From assembly GCA_026397205.1 (NCBI GenBank), contig JAPLVH010000017.1, positions 1-40,328 on the forward strand: 40,328 nt of DNA. The letters are read 5' to 3'. The DNA is from Candidatus Berkelbacteria bacterium (GTDB taxonomy: Bacteria; Patescibacteriota; UBA1384; XYA2-FULL-43-10; CAINNR01). The translations under genes and the position numbers were made by a program. Shown piece after piece: positions 1-7,854 of the stretch; position 1 is the first letter of the stretch; each line of letters starts with the position of its first letter. Below the pieces are notes generated by a model. It had not been told where the DNA came from. It did not search any database and saw only the letters and a list, made by a program, of their open reading frames with translations.

Positions 1-897
1 TGATGGCGTCGCAATACTGTCGGTTGAGGTGAGAGTTGTTTCAACTTGAAGATAACGCTGTTGGGTCAACCCCGACAAATCAATTGAGCCGGCATAAGCC
101 GCCGAATTAGACCAATTAGACCAATTAGACGAATCTGCCGAGGTCCGAAACCTAAACGCCACCGATGTATTTGCCGGTATCGTTGCATCCGGCACAAACG
201 TATCCCAATGTTGGAAGGTTGCGGTGCCGTCTAGTTGGGTGGAGGAGGAGGTGTGTGTGGCGGTGGCTTGCTGATAATAAAGTTTTAAATCATAAATTTT
301 AAACGGGGAGTCGTAAGGTGCTCCACCTAGGGTAACAATTTTATAATACTTGGTTACGACCGAAGGGCTGACAGTGTGATCAGCCGAACATCGGGCTGAC
401 GGTGCACACAACAAAGTTGTTGGATTAATTTTTGTCCAAGATGAGCCATTCGAAGAAGTGTAGATATTTAATCCCGTATAATATTCTCCGTCAAGATGAT
501 ATTTATTTAGGTTTATTGCGTCGAATGGCCCAATTTCCCAATAATGATTTGCTCCGTTTGACGGAATTGGTCCCCAATAAGTAGCCAAATCATCATCAAC
601 AACCTTGGCTTTGTCGGCGGAATCATAATCGGCGTCGAGTGATATCCCAGCAGTATCCAAATGTTGGCTCCCAGAAGTTTTGTCATCAATTTTTATATCT
701 CCGGGCGTTGAAGTTGAATCAATATTCTGGACTGTTCCAAGTTCCCATTCCGCCTTGCTGGTAATTGTTGCCGATCCGGAAGCGGCGTTGATTTTTGTTT
801 TATTCTTTGGGATAAACTTAGGTAGAACACAAAAAGAAACCAAAAAAACTACTAACAAAATTGCAGCAAATAGAATTTTTCTTTTATTTTTTAGCAC
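1..897 (-). CDS. Large secreted/surface protein, N-terminal part (runs off the left edge); discoidin-like and beta-sandwich segments
   Basis: Manually read frame from GTG at 897: MLKNKRKILFAAILLVVFLVSF (signal/anchor) ... VVDDDLATYW ... FRFRTSADSSNWSNW ... RYLQVETTLTS. No stop before base 1, so it is missing from the ORF track. Confidence 0.75.
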   Translation of the reverse strand, partial: MLKNKRKILFAAILLVVFLVSFCVLPKFIPKNKTKINAASGSATITSKAEWELGTVQNIDSTSTPGDIKIDDKTSGSQHLDTAGISLDADYDSADKAKVVDDDLATYWGPIPSNGANHYWEIGPFDAINLNKYHLDGEYYTGLNIYTSSNGSSWTKINPTTLLCAPSARCSADHTVSPSVVTKYYKIVTLGGAPYDSPFKIYDLKLYYQQATATHTSSSTQLDGTATFQHWDTFVPDATIPANTSVAFRFRTSADSSNWSNWSNSAAYAGSIDLSGLTQQRYLQVETTLTSTDSIATPS

Positions 898-903
898 ATA
901 TCA

Positions 904-932
904 ATTATATTGAAAATCAGCCACAAATGCAA
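904..932 (-). promoter_or_regulatory. sigma70-type promoter, probably leaderless
   Basis: Minus strand TTGCAT-17 bp-TATAAT, then 6 nt to the GTG start at 897. Confidence 0.55.
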
Positions 933-958
933 AACGCTTCTCCTCGCGGGAAAAGCGT
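931..958 (-). terminator. Intrinsic terminator after the pilin-like gene
   Basis: Minus strand ACGCTTTTCC-cgcga-GGAGAAGCGT followed by T residues, about 30 nt after the stop at 986. Confidence 0.55.
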
Positions 959-985
959 CTGCTCGCCGGTTTGCGCCTCTGGGCG

Positions 986-1552
986 CTAGCCGGGCTTGTA
1001 GAATTTGGCTCCGGTAATGTAGCCGGGGTCGGTTTTGGGCGGTCCTGCGGCGCAGATAAACCACTTCTTGCCGCTGGTGCTGGGCAAGTAAGCGGTCATA
1101 TTCTGGCCGGGTGGACCAAAAGCTGTCGCGACTCGTTCCCAGTTTCCGCTGTTATCAACGTAGATGTCTGCGGAGAATGCCACCCCGGTCACCTCAACTT
1201 TGCGAATTGCTTCGGGTTTGTCGAGAATCGCGGAGAAAGTCGTGGCGGTTATCGTTGTATCGGCTGGCGATACTTCAGCGCCGACTTTTGGCAACGACTT
1301 GAGTGGTTGCGGCGGATGTTCTTTCCGCATTTGGACGAAGTCGGTTTCTGTAAAGAACGGTTTGTCCGTTGACTTGTAGTCGTTGTCCCACTTTTGGTTG
1401 TGGGTTGCAGACTCTGGCATCGTTGTCCGCGGAGTGAAGCTGGTTGGCGTCTTGTAGTCACTGATGAAAACCGGCAAGAGGATCGCAGCCAGGCCGATGA
1501 TCACGGCGATGACAATCAGAAGTTCAACCAGAGTAAATCCGTGTCGCTTCAT
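986..1552 (-). CDS. Prepilin-type N-terminal cleavage/methylation protein (type IV pilin/pseudopilin-like)
   Basis: MKRHG|FTLVELLIVIAVII class III signal. SD GAAGGAG lies just upstream of ATG 1552. The longer ORF-track start reads through repeat DNA. Confidence 0.8.
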   Translation of the reverse strand: MKRHGFTLVELLIVIAVIIGLAAILLPVFISDYKTPTSFTPRTTMPESATHNQKWDNDYKSTDKPFFTETDFVQMRKEHPPQPLKSLPKVGAEVSPADTTITATTFSAILDKPEAIRKVEVTGVAFSADIYVDNSGNWERVATAFGPPGQNMTAYLPSTSGKKWFICAAGPPKTDPGYITGAKFYKPG

Positions 1553-1600
1553 CCGAAACATCTCCTTCTCCGCCCGGGTTTGGGCGCTGGGTTGCCTCGT

Positions 1601-1664
1601 GGGGTATATACTATATATGGGGTATATACTATATATATAGTATACAACATATATAGTATACAAC
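1601..1664. repeat. TA-alternating tandem/palindromic repeat in the pilin upstream region
   Basis: GGGGTATATACTATATAT x2, then ATATATAGTATACAAC x2; perfect 20 bp palindrome TATACTATATATATAGTATA at 1625-1644. Confidence 0.85.
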
Positions 1665-1692
1665 CGCCACTTGGTGGTTTGTTGTAAGTTCC

Positions 1693-1774
1693 GCCTGATC
1701 AAGCCGGTGATATCACCTTCTCAATCTAAGCCAAAGGGAATTTGAAATTATTCAACTTCCTGTTTGGACTAAAT
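1693..1774 (-). repeat. ~82 bp structured direct repeat, copy A
   Basis: GCCTGATCAAG...ATCTAAGCCAAAGGGAATTTGAAA...TTCAACTTCCTGTTTGGA is shared with 2518-2600. Confidence 0.9.
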
Positions 1775-2172
1775 CAAACAACTTTGTCTAAATACTTTTT
1801 AACTTCGGTCAAAAACATTTCAGTTTTTTCAATCGCATTTTCAACCATGTCGATTGTGGCTACAAACTTTGGACTGTAGTCGGCATCTTTCCGCAACATT
1901 TCCGCTTTTACCACGAAATTGTGAAATTTCTTATCAAACTTTCCTGTCTTGACGTAAAGCAAATAAAATTTGTCGATCATTCCCTTGTGAGTTTTGGCGT
2001 AAGTGTCTTCAAGTTCAAGAAGTCCGCGCAGAATATCAACGTTGGCATAATATGCTCTTGAAATTGAATCGCGGAAGTTTCCGAATTTTGCTAGCAGTTT
2101 TGCTGACCCAATTCTTTCGCTTGCACTCTCAACCATTTCTTCAATAATTTGTTTTTCTATCTTCTTGTTCAT
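1774..2172 (-). CDS. HEPN-domain protein (UPF0332-like), toxin partner of MNT
   Basis: SRAYYA ... THKG ... LRKDADY motifs; 132 aa; overlaps the MNT gene by 4 bp. Confidence 0.85.
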   Translation of the reverse strand: MNKKIEKQIIEEMVESASERIGSAKLLAKFGNFRDSISRAYYANVDILRGLLELEDTYAKTHKGMIDKFYLLYVKTGKFDKKFHNFVVKAEMLRKDADYSPKFVATIDMVENAIEKTEMFLTEVKKYLDKVV

Positions 2173-2495
2173 AATCTGACTCCTTTCGCGACCTCGCGAT
2201 AAAAGAGCCGTTCTTTATTTTTTTTGAATTCGCTAACTCCTTGGTTGAAAATTTGAACATCAAGGTTTTTTTCGAATTGATAATCGGTTTCCAAATCAAT
2301 AATCAGGTCATCATCTTTTCCAAAACTTTTGATTTTTCTTTTTGTTAGCAAAAACAAATCCATGTCAGAATCTTTTTTTGCTGTGCCTCGGGCGCGCGAG
2401 CCATATAAAATCACTGAGACAAGTTTATTGCCCAATTTCTTTTTTAACTCTTTCTTGATTTCTTTGGCAATTTGTAAATCTTTTTCGTTTGGCAT
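2169..2495 (-). CDS. Minimal nucleotidyltransferase (MNT) antitoxin
   Basis: ILYGSRARG ... DSDMDL Pol-beta-like motif; 108 aa; directly upstream of HEPN. Confidence 0.88.
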   Translation of the reverse strand: MPNEKDLQIAKEIKKELKKKLGNKLVSVILYGSRARGTAKKDSDMDLFLLTKRKIKSFGKDDDLIIDLETDYQFEKNLDVQIFNQGVSEFKKNKERLFYREVAKGVRL

Positions 2496-2517
2496 GATTT
2501 TATTTTAGCACGATTCT

Positions 2518-2600
2518 GCCTGATCAAGTGACGGTATCGCCTCCTCGATCTAAGCCAAAGGGAATTTGAAACCTTTTTCAACTTCCTGTTTGGATTAGAT
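2518..2600 (-). repeat. ~82 bp structured direct repeat, copy B
   Basis: Matches 1693-1774; most differences keep base pairing on the minus strand. Confidence 0.9.
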
Positions 2601-2690
2601 TCTATTTAGGGGACGGTTCTCTTTTGAATACGACTTTCGCACATCTGTCTTTCTTGGCTCAAGCTAACGTCATAATTATTTTACACTCCC

Positions 2691-2719
2691 AATATAGCAT
2701 ATTTTTCCCATTTTGTCAA
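2691..2719 (-). promoter_or_regulatory. sigma70 promoter reading into repeat copy B and MNT-HEPN
   Basis: Minus strand TTGACA-17 bp-TATATT with an extended -10 TG. Confidence 0.65.
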
Positions 2720-2810
2720 TGGGGAAATTCATAAACGTTTGTTTCATTATATAACTTTTGTCAATCAAAATGAAAAATTAAAAAAATCATTTACAGACAA
2801 TACAAAACAA

Positions 2811-2848
2811 TGGTGTGAAAATGGTGCTGGAGCACCATTTTCACACCA
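2811..2848. repeat. Palindrome family 1, copy a
   Basis: TGGTGTGAAAATGGTGCT-GG-AGCACCATTTTCACACCA; perfect 18 bp arms. Confidence 0.95.
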
Positions 2849-2892
2849 AAATGATAAAATAATTAGAGGATGAGAAATATAGGTGGTGAGAA

Positions 2893-3405
2893 ATGAAATA
2901 CAAAATTGTTTTACACAAAAGCAAATATTTTTCAGAATATCGTGAATTTTGCCAAAATTTGACAAAAATTCACAAAAAGAAACTCGATATTCATCATATT
3001 GGTAGTACGTCGGTGTCTGGTCTTGATGGAAAAGGGGTTATTGATGTTTTGATTGGGGTAAAAAATTGGCGAGAGTCGGAAGGCGTTATCAAATCGCTGA
3101 AAGGAATTGGGATAAAATACTGTTGGCCGAAAAATGGCGGGAGAATTTTTTTAAGCAACAGAAAAATAAATTCCCGCGAGGGTGATTTTCATATTCATCT
3201 TGTTCGCAGGGCGACAAAACAATACAAAAATTTCATCAGATTTAGAGATATTTTGCGCCAAGACGAATCAATTGCAAAAAAATACAAAAAAATCAAAGTT
3301 CGTGCGATAAAAACATCAGAGAATAGATTTTTCTACAAACATTTCAAAGGATTTTTTATTGAGTCAGTGCTTAAAAAAGAATTGTGTTTAAATTATTTGG
3401 TGTGA
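2893..3405 (+). CDS. GrpB/UPF0157 family nucleotidyltransferase-fold protein
   Basis: IHHIGSTSVSGLDGKGVIDVLIGV ... HIHLV ... FRDILR ... YKKIK motifs. Confidence 0.85.
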   Translation: MKYKIVLHKSKYFSEYREFCQNLTKIHKKKLDIHHIGSTSVSGLDGKGVIDVLIGVKNWRESEGVIKSLKGIGIKYCWPKNGGRIFLSNRKINSREGDFHIHLVRRATKQYKNFIRFRDILRQDESIAKKYKKIKVRAIKTSENRFFYKHFKGFFIESVLKKELCLNYLV

Positions 3406-3438
3406 AAATTATGCTCCAGCATAATTTTCACACCAAAT
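3395..3438. repeat. Palindrome family 1, copy b
   Basis: ATTTGGTGTGAAAATTATGCT-CC-AGCATAATTTTCACACCAAAT; perfect 21 bp arms; contains the GrpB stop codon. Confidence 0.95.
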
Positions 3439-3500
3439 TTCTCAGAAAACTATGGAATGTGATAAAATTAGAGTAGAATTTTTTGAAATACGAGACACCG

Positions 3501-4088
3501 ATGAAGAAATATCAAAAAGAAATTATCAAATTATCTGCCCGGGAACTGCTTTTGTCGTTTATTGATTTAGCATCACCGTTTTTCCAAGCTAGCCGAATTT
3601 ATCGCCAAGGCGCGAACAAATATATCAACGAGCGTCGAATTGAAAAAGCTGAGTTTTGGGACAAAATAAAATATCTCAAGCGCTCGGGTTACATCGAAAG
3701 ATTTCTTGACGGAAACGAGGAATATCACATGTTGACGCAGAAGGGCAGGGAAAAACTTGAGAAATTAAAATTTCAGGCAATAAAAATCAAGCGGCCGGAA
3801 AAATGGAACGGAAAATGGTGGCTGGTAATTTTTGATGTCCCGGACAAGAAAAAACAGGGGCGTGATTTGTTGCGAAAGAAATTGATATCGATTGATTTCG
3901 AAAAAATTCAGGAAAGTGTTTATGCCTATCCGTTCGAGTGTGCCGATGAAATTGATTTTATTGCTGGCAATTTGAATGTCGGCGAAAATGTTTTAATATT
4001 TATTGCTAATGCTATCAGGGGCGAAGAAGTGGTGATTGAAAAATTTCTCGACAAAAATATTTTGACTAAGAGAGATTTACAGAAATAA
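3501..4088 (+). CDS. wHTH + PaaX-central/Cas2-like domain protein (paralog 1)
   Basis: IKYLKRSGYIE..YHMLTQKG (winged helix) plus KWNGKWWLVIFDVP..RDLLRKKL..FEKIQESVY (Cas2-like ferredoxin fold). ATG 3501 aligns with the start of paralog 2. Confidence 0.85.
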   Translation: MKKYQKEIIKLSARELLLSFIDLASPFFQASRIYRQGANKYINERRIEKAEFWDKIKYLKRSGYIERFLDGNEEYHMLTQKGREKLEKLKFQAIKIKRPEKWNGKWWLVIFDVPDKKKQGRDLLRKKLISIDFEKIQESVYAYPFECADEIDFIAGNLNVGENVLIFIANAIRGEEVVIEKFLDKNILTKRDLQK

Positions 4089-4141
4089 AATTTAAGACAA
4101 GAAAAAAAGTTAAAAAAAGTAAATTCAGGGTTGGAAAAAGA

Positions 4142-4181
4142 AGTGTGTGAAAAGTTCGCTCCAGCGAACTTTTCACACACT
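4142..4181. repeat. Palindrome family 1, copy c
   Basis: AGTGTGTGAAAAGTTCGCT-CC-AGCGAACTTTTCACACACT; perfect 19 bp arms. Confidence 0.95.
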
Positions 4182-4263
4182 ATCATAATTAAAAAAGGCA
4201 ACCAGTGGTTGCCTTTGGATAAAACAGGACTTAAATTCGAGAAATAAACAATCAACTCTACTC

Positions 4264-5172
4264 TCACCGCCAGACGGCGAGGCCGTAACCGCTGAAGTTT
4301 CTAGCCGAATTAATGTCTCCGTCAACGACCCAAGACAAAATGTGTCCCTCTCTGGAAATCACAGTTATCCTTTTGTCGAGCGGTGTCACGACTCCTAGTC
4401 GTGAAAGCCGGGCGATTTGATCATTTTTGTCGAAGCTGAGAACTTTTCCAACGGCAGAGAAGAAAACCGGAAAGATTCTTTTGACTCCTCCTACAAAATA
4501 ATTTTCGTAAACAGTGATCATCGCTAGTATTCGTCCATCGGGCAAAAGTTGAACATCAAAAAGCTTCTGACCGTCCTGATGATTGGCGACAGCCGTTATA
4601 ATTCGCTCGCCGCTAGATAGGAGGTAAGCGATTAAGCGGCTCGGAAAGGGCTTTTTGGGATAGTGTTCTCGTGAGCCGTCATTTTCAACAACGTAAACAA
4701 ACGAATTTGTCGCGACCATCGCCGCGACATTTGTTGGACCGAATTTGGCAAGCAGCCGATAATTACTGCCGTCAATATCAATTTTGCAGAGATTGAATGT
4801 ATTGTCGCAGATTCCGATTCCGTCGTTGGTAATTTGGGCGAAGATAATTGATTTTCCGTCAGGGGCAACCGCAATATGGTCAACGCACCCACTGGTTGTT
4901 AGTTTCCGGACAAAATCGCCGTGAGCGTTGATGACGAATATATCATTGCCATTATTATCGTTCTTCAAAATTGCCAGGACTCCATTACTGATCCAACAAA
5001 TCTGAAGAACATCTTTGTTCATTGCTATTGGATATGGGTCTGAAAATCCGAAATTGTTAATGTACAGATCGTCATAGTTGCCGGCGCCCTTGACCAGATA
5101 GGCGATTTGTTCGGCAAAAAGCGGGAAAATCGAAAGCGAAAAAACCAGAACCACAGCCATCGCAAACTTCAT
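4264..5172 (-). CDS. Secreted TolB-like beta-propeller protein
   Basis: Signal peptide MKFAMAVVLVFSLSIFPLFA; repeats such as AVAPDGKSIIF, IDIDGSNYRLL, LLPDGRI; SD GGAGGT. Confidence 0.65.
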   Translation of the reverse strand: MKFAMAVVLVFSLSIFPLFAEQIAYLVKGAGNYDDLYINNFGFSDPYPIAMNKDVLQICWISNGVLAILKNDNNGNDIFVINAHGDFVRKLTTSGCVDHIAVAPDGKSIIFAQITNDGIGICDNTFNLCKIDIDGSNYRLLAKFGPTNVAAMVATNSFVYVVENDGSREHYPKKPFPSRLIAYLLSSGERIITAVANHQDGQKLFDVQLLPDGRILAMITVYENYFVGGVKRIFPVFFSAVGKVLSFDKNDQIARLSRLGVVTPLDKRITVISREGHILSWVVDGDINSARNFSGYGLAVWR

Positions 5173-5234
5173 CGTGGCACCTCCGAGTCAGCATTAAATT
5201 AATTATAGCAGAAATTGGGCAAAATTTAATTTTG

Positions 5235-5263
5235 TTGACTTTCAAAGATTAATTTGATATAAA
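5235..5263 (+). promoter_or_regulatory. sigma70 promoter
   Basis: TTGACT-17 bp-TATAAA, followed by a leader with AGGAGGT. Confidence 0.55.
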
Positions 5264-5306
5264 ATAAGAGATGTAAAGCTCGTACACAACTCAGGAGGTT
5301 CGGCTG

Positions 5307-6203
5307 ATGAGGTCATACAAGCCGTTGATTTTGGTCGGAATTGTTTTGGTCGCCACTACTGCTGGATATTTTGTCTGGAATAACAGTTACAGCAATGAAG
5401 TTTTTCGTCAGTGGAATAATCTTCAGACATCACTGACAGAGTTGAATTCATTCATTGATGGCAACCATGACTTTTGTGATATTGTTGCGAAAGTGTCAAT
5501 GATAAAAACTGCTGTTGATCAGCGAAAAAGTTACTTCGAGCGAAAGTCAGTTCCGTTTGGTCGCGGAGATTTCAACCGCACGTTTGTCAATTATCTGGAA
5601 AATGTTTCTGCTTGCCTCGGACTGATTTCAGATAACTGTAATAAGTGGGACGGGAAAATGTTGACGGATTTGAATCAGAAGACCCAAGCGCTTCATAAGT
5701 CGCAAAATGATTGCGCAAATTCTATCCACTATCTATCGAAAAAAGATGACATCTTCATGCAGATTCCAACAATCCTCAATCAAATGCACGAAAAACGATC
5801 GGCACCAACGCCGAAACACATTGTCGAAATTGTCTCTACAACATCCCCTGTGCTGGTGGACCAACAGGCATTTGGTTTTCGCAGTTCAGCGGTTGAAGAA
5901 ATGCGGATGATAATGAGAGAATATCTCCGAGATCGCGATTATTTCAACGCTACAGCGGGTAGTATACTAAGCGACTTAAATGTTTTCGGAGAGCGGTGCA
6001 TTGCAGATCGCTATGTTTTGATTCATCGACTTGAGAATCTAGATTTGCCGAATGAGTATTATCGAGAAACAGGGCAACTTTTCGTTTCTGGCATCAATGA
6101 TGCGATTGAAGCCATTCGTATCAAGTGTCGAACTGGTGATGGACATTCAGAAGCCGCACGCCGGGCAGCGGATAAGATTTGTCAAGTCCAAAAACGACTG
6201 TGA
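5307..6203 (+). CDS. Hypothetical helical protein with N-terminal membrane anchor
   Basis: 298 aa ORF, N-terminal hydrophobic stretch, strong SD, followed by a terminator. Confidence 0.7.
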   Translation: MRSYKPLILVGIVLVATTAGYFVWNNSYSNEVFRQWNNLQTSLTELNSFIDGNHDFCDIVAKVSMIKTAVDQRKSYFERKSVPFGRGDFNRTFVNYLENVSACLGLISDNCNKWDGKMLTDLNQKTQALHKSQNDCANSIHYLSKKDDIFMQIPTILNQMHEKRSAPTPKHIVEIVSTTSPVLVDQQAFGFRSSAVEEMRMIMREYLRDRDYFNATAGSILSDLNVFGERCIADRYVLIHRLENLDLPNEYYRETGQLFVSGINDAIEAIRIKCRTGDGHSEAARRAADKICQVQKRL

Positions 6204-6223
6204 ATATTGAAGGGGCTTATCTT

Positions 6224-6252
6224 GCCTTCGGTCTTGTGACCGAGGGTTTTTT
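6224..6252 (+). terminator. Intrinsic terminator
   Basis: CCTTCGGTC-TTGT-GACCGAGGG followed by T6. Confidence 0.8.
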
Positions 6253-6253
6253 G

Positions 6254-6282
6254 TTGATTTACAAGCAAAAATCTGCTATAAA
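6254..6282 (+). promoter_or_regulatory. sigma70 promoter
   Basis: TTGATT-17 bp-TATAAA with extended TG; same layout as 5235-5263. Confidence 0.5.
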
Positions 6283-6319
6283 ATAAGTGGTACCATGACA
6301 ACTCAGGGAGGTTGTGGAG

Positions 6320-6793
6320 ATGAAGATCAACTGGCTACTGGTTTTTACCACGGTTTTTTTGATGATGTCTCAAGTTTTCGCCGCTGATTCGCTAAGCACC
6401 TACAAATCCGCCGAATTCACAATTCGCTATCCTTCGAACTTTTGCGTTCAGCAAAGTCGTGATCGCGACGGCGCCTATTTCACGTCGCCAGACAAACGAG
6501 TGATTTTTATGGTCTATTCAACGACTATGATTACAATAGGGAATTATATGTGGAAACAAGCGCTACTCGAAGAAACCATTTCTTCCTCGACGAAAAATGG
6601 TCGGACTTATGTTTTCATCAAAGCGATTGATGGGTCGTATTGTCGCCAATATGTCGAAGTCAATGATGGGGTTTCGCCTTTCAGGGTATTCGGAATCCGT
6701 TATGTTTCAGCTGATGCCTATAAAAAGTATAAACCGCTATATGAAAAGTTCGTTGGGTCTTTTGTTGGGTCTGAAGATACCGGCGATCCCTAA
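6320..6793 (+). CDS. Secreted hypothetical protein (PsbP-like fold possible)
   Basis: Signal peptide ending VFA; YKSAEFTIRYPSNF and C-terminal YEKFVGSF resemble PsbP-like proteins; SD GGGAGG. Confidence 0.6.
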   Translation: MKINWLLVFTTVFLMMSQVFAADSLSTYKSAEFTIRYPSNFCVQQSRDRDGAYFTSPDKRVIFMVYSTTMITIGNYMWKQALLEETISSSTKNGRTYVFIKAIDGSYCRQYVEVNDGVSPFRVFGIRYVSADAYKKYKPLYEKFVGSFVGSEDTGDP

Positions 6794-6803
6794 GTCAATT
6801 TCC

Positions 6804-6833
6804 CCGTCTCACCCTTTAGCGAGGCGGTTTTTT
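6804..6833 (+). terminator. Intrinsic terminator
   Basis: CCGTCTC-loop-GAGGCGG followed by T6. Confidence 0.65.
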
Positions 6834-6871
6834 ATTGCAGAAATAGTGTTTTTTGGGTAAGATAACAAAAG

Positions 6872-6984
6872 AAAATCAAATATCAAAGATCAAAAATCAA
6901 AATGACAGATCAGAAAGTTAAAGATAAAATCCCGGCACGAAGTGCCGACCACAACTTTTCACTTTTCACTTTTAATTTTTAACT
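6872..6984 (+). repeat. Heptamer-arm element with central GRA hairpin, copy 1
   Basis: AAAAATC-type repeats, core AATCC-CGGCAC-GAA-GTGCCG-ACCA (6928-6951), then T-rich heptamers up to the yebC start. Confidence 0.85.
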
Positions 6985-6987
6985 GCC

Positions 6988-7719
6988 ATGTCCGGACACT
7001 CAAAGTGGGCGACGACAAAACATAAAAAAGCAATTGTTGATGCCAAGCGGTCAGCATCTTTTACAAAACTATCAAAAATTGTCACAATCGCCGCCAGAGG
7101 CGGCGGTGATCCGACGATGAATTTTTCCTTGCGACTGGCGATTGATCGGGCAAAAGCGGCCTCAATGCCGAAGGAAAATATCGAAAAGGCGATCAAACGC
7201 GGAACCGGTGAAATCGGCGGGGCGGCGATTGAAGAAATTGTTTACGAAGGATACGGTCCGGCCGGCATTGCGATCATCATCGTTTGCCTGACCGACAACC
7301 GCTTGCGGACGGTTTCCGAGATTCGTTCGATTTTCAACAAATTTGGCGGAACTTTGGCCGAAGCTGGCGGTGTCGCTTATCTTTTTGAAAAACGCGGGGA
7401 GATTAGCTTGTCTCGGCCAAAGGCCGATCGTCCTGTGGACGAAGCGGAGAAAATCGAAGAAAAAATTATTGACTCCGGCGCGCTCGATTTTGAGCTTGAG
7501 GATGATACTATATATATAGTATATACCGAGTTGACCGACTTACAGAAAGTTGCTAATTATTTCGTTGATGCCGGCATCAAGATTGAATCCTCAGACATCA
7601 TCTATCAACCAAAAACCAAAGTTCAAGTTCCGGAGGAAAAAATGCCGGCGGTGGAAAAGTTATTAAATGCACTTGAAGAATTAGACGATGTGTCAGAAGT
7701 TTTCAGTAATATTGAATAA
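6988..7719 (+). CDS. yebC: YebC/PmpR family protein
   Basis: MSGHSKWATTKHKK, YEGYGPAG, TDNRLRT, LEELDDVSEVFSN. Confidence 0.96.
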   Translation: MSGHSKWATTKHKKAIVDAKRSASFTKLSKIVTIAARGGGDPTMNFSLRLAIDRAKAASMPKENIEKAIKRGTGEIGGAAIEEIVYEGYGPAGIAIIIVCLTDNRLRTVSEIRSIFNKFGGTLAEAGGVAYLFEKRGEISLSRPKADRPVDEAEKIEEKIIDSGALDFELEDDTIYIVYTELTDLQKVANYFVDAGIKIESSDIIYQPKTKVQVPEEKMPAVEKLLNALEELDDVSEVFSNIE

Positions 7720-7721
7720 TT

Positions 7722-7854
7722 AAATCAAAAAGCAAATATCCCCACAGGGTCAGCTGAAGCTAGAAAAAATCAAAATGACAGATAAAAATGTAAAGAGAAT
7801 CCAGCTATGGAATGGCTACCACAATTTTGATCTTTGCATTTTAATTTTTGATCT
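7722..7854 (+). repeat. Heptamer-arm element, copy 2 (variant stem)
   Basis: AAAAAATCAAAATGACAGAT left arm; core AATCC-AGCTAT-GGA-ATGGCT-ACCA (7798-7821); TTTTGATCTTTGCATTTTAATTTTTGATCT right arm. Confidence 0.8.

Noticed and set aside
105-131. AATTAGACC x3 tandem repeat
   Set aside because: In-frame 9-mer encoding SNW-SNW-SN, a common WSxW-type motif in such surface proteins.
680-1687. Plus-strand ORFs 680-913, 971-1372 and 1394-1687
   Set aside because: Antisense to the surface-protein and pilin-like genes, which have clear signal motifs.
1553-1702. N-terminal extension of the pilin ORF (YTIYVVYYIYSIYPIYSIYP)
   Set aside because: It is the translation of the TA-rich repeat. The SD and prepilin motif place the start at 1552.
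1693-2600. Canonical integron attC sites or a c-di-GMP riboswitch
   Set aside because: No RYYYAAC/GTTRRRY boxes, no integrase in the window, and no riboswitch consensus I can recognise. Kept only as an unexplained structured repeat.
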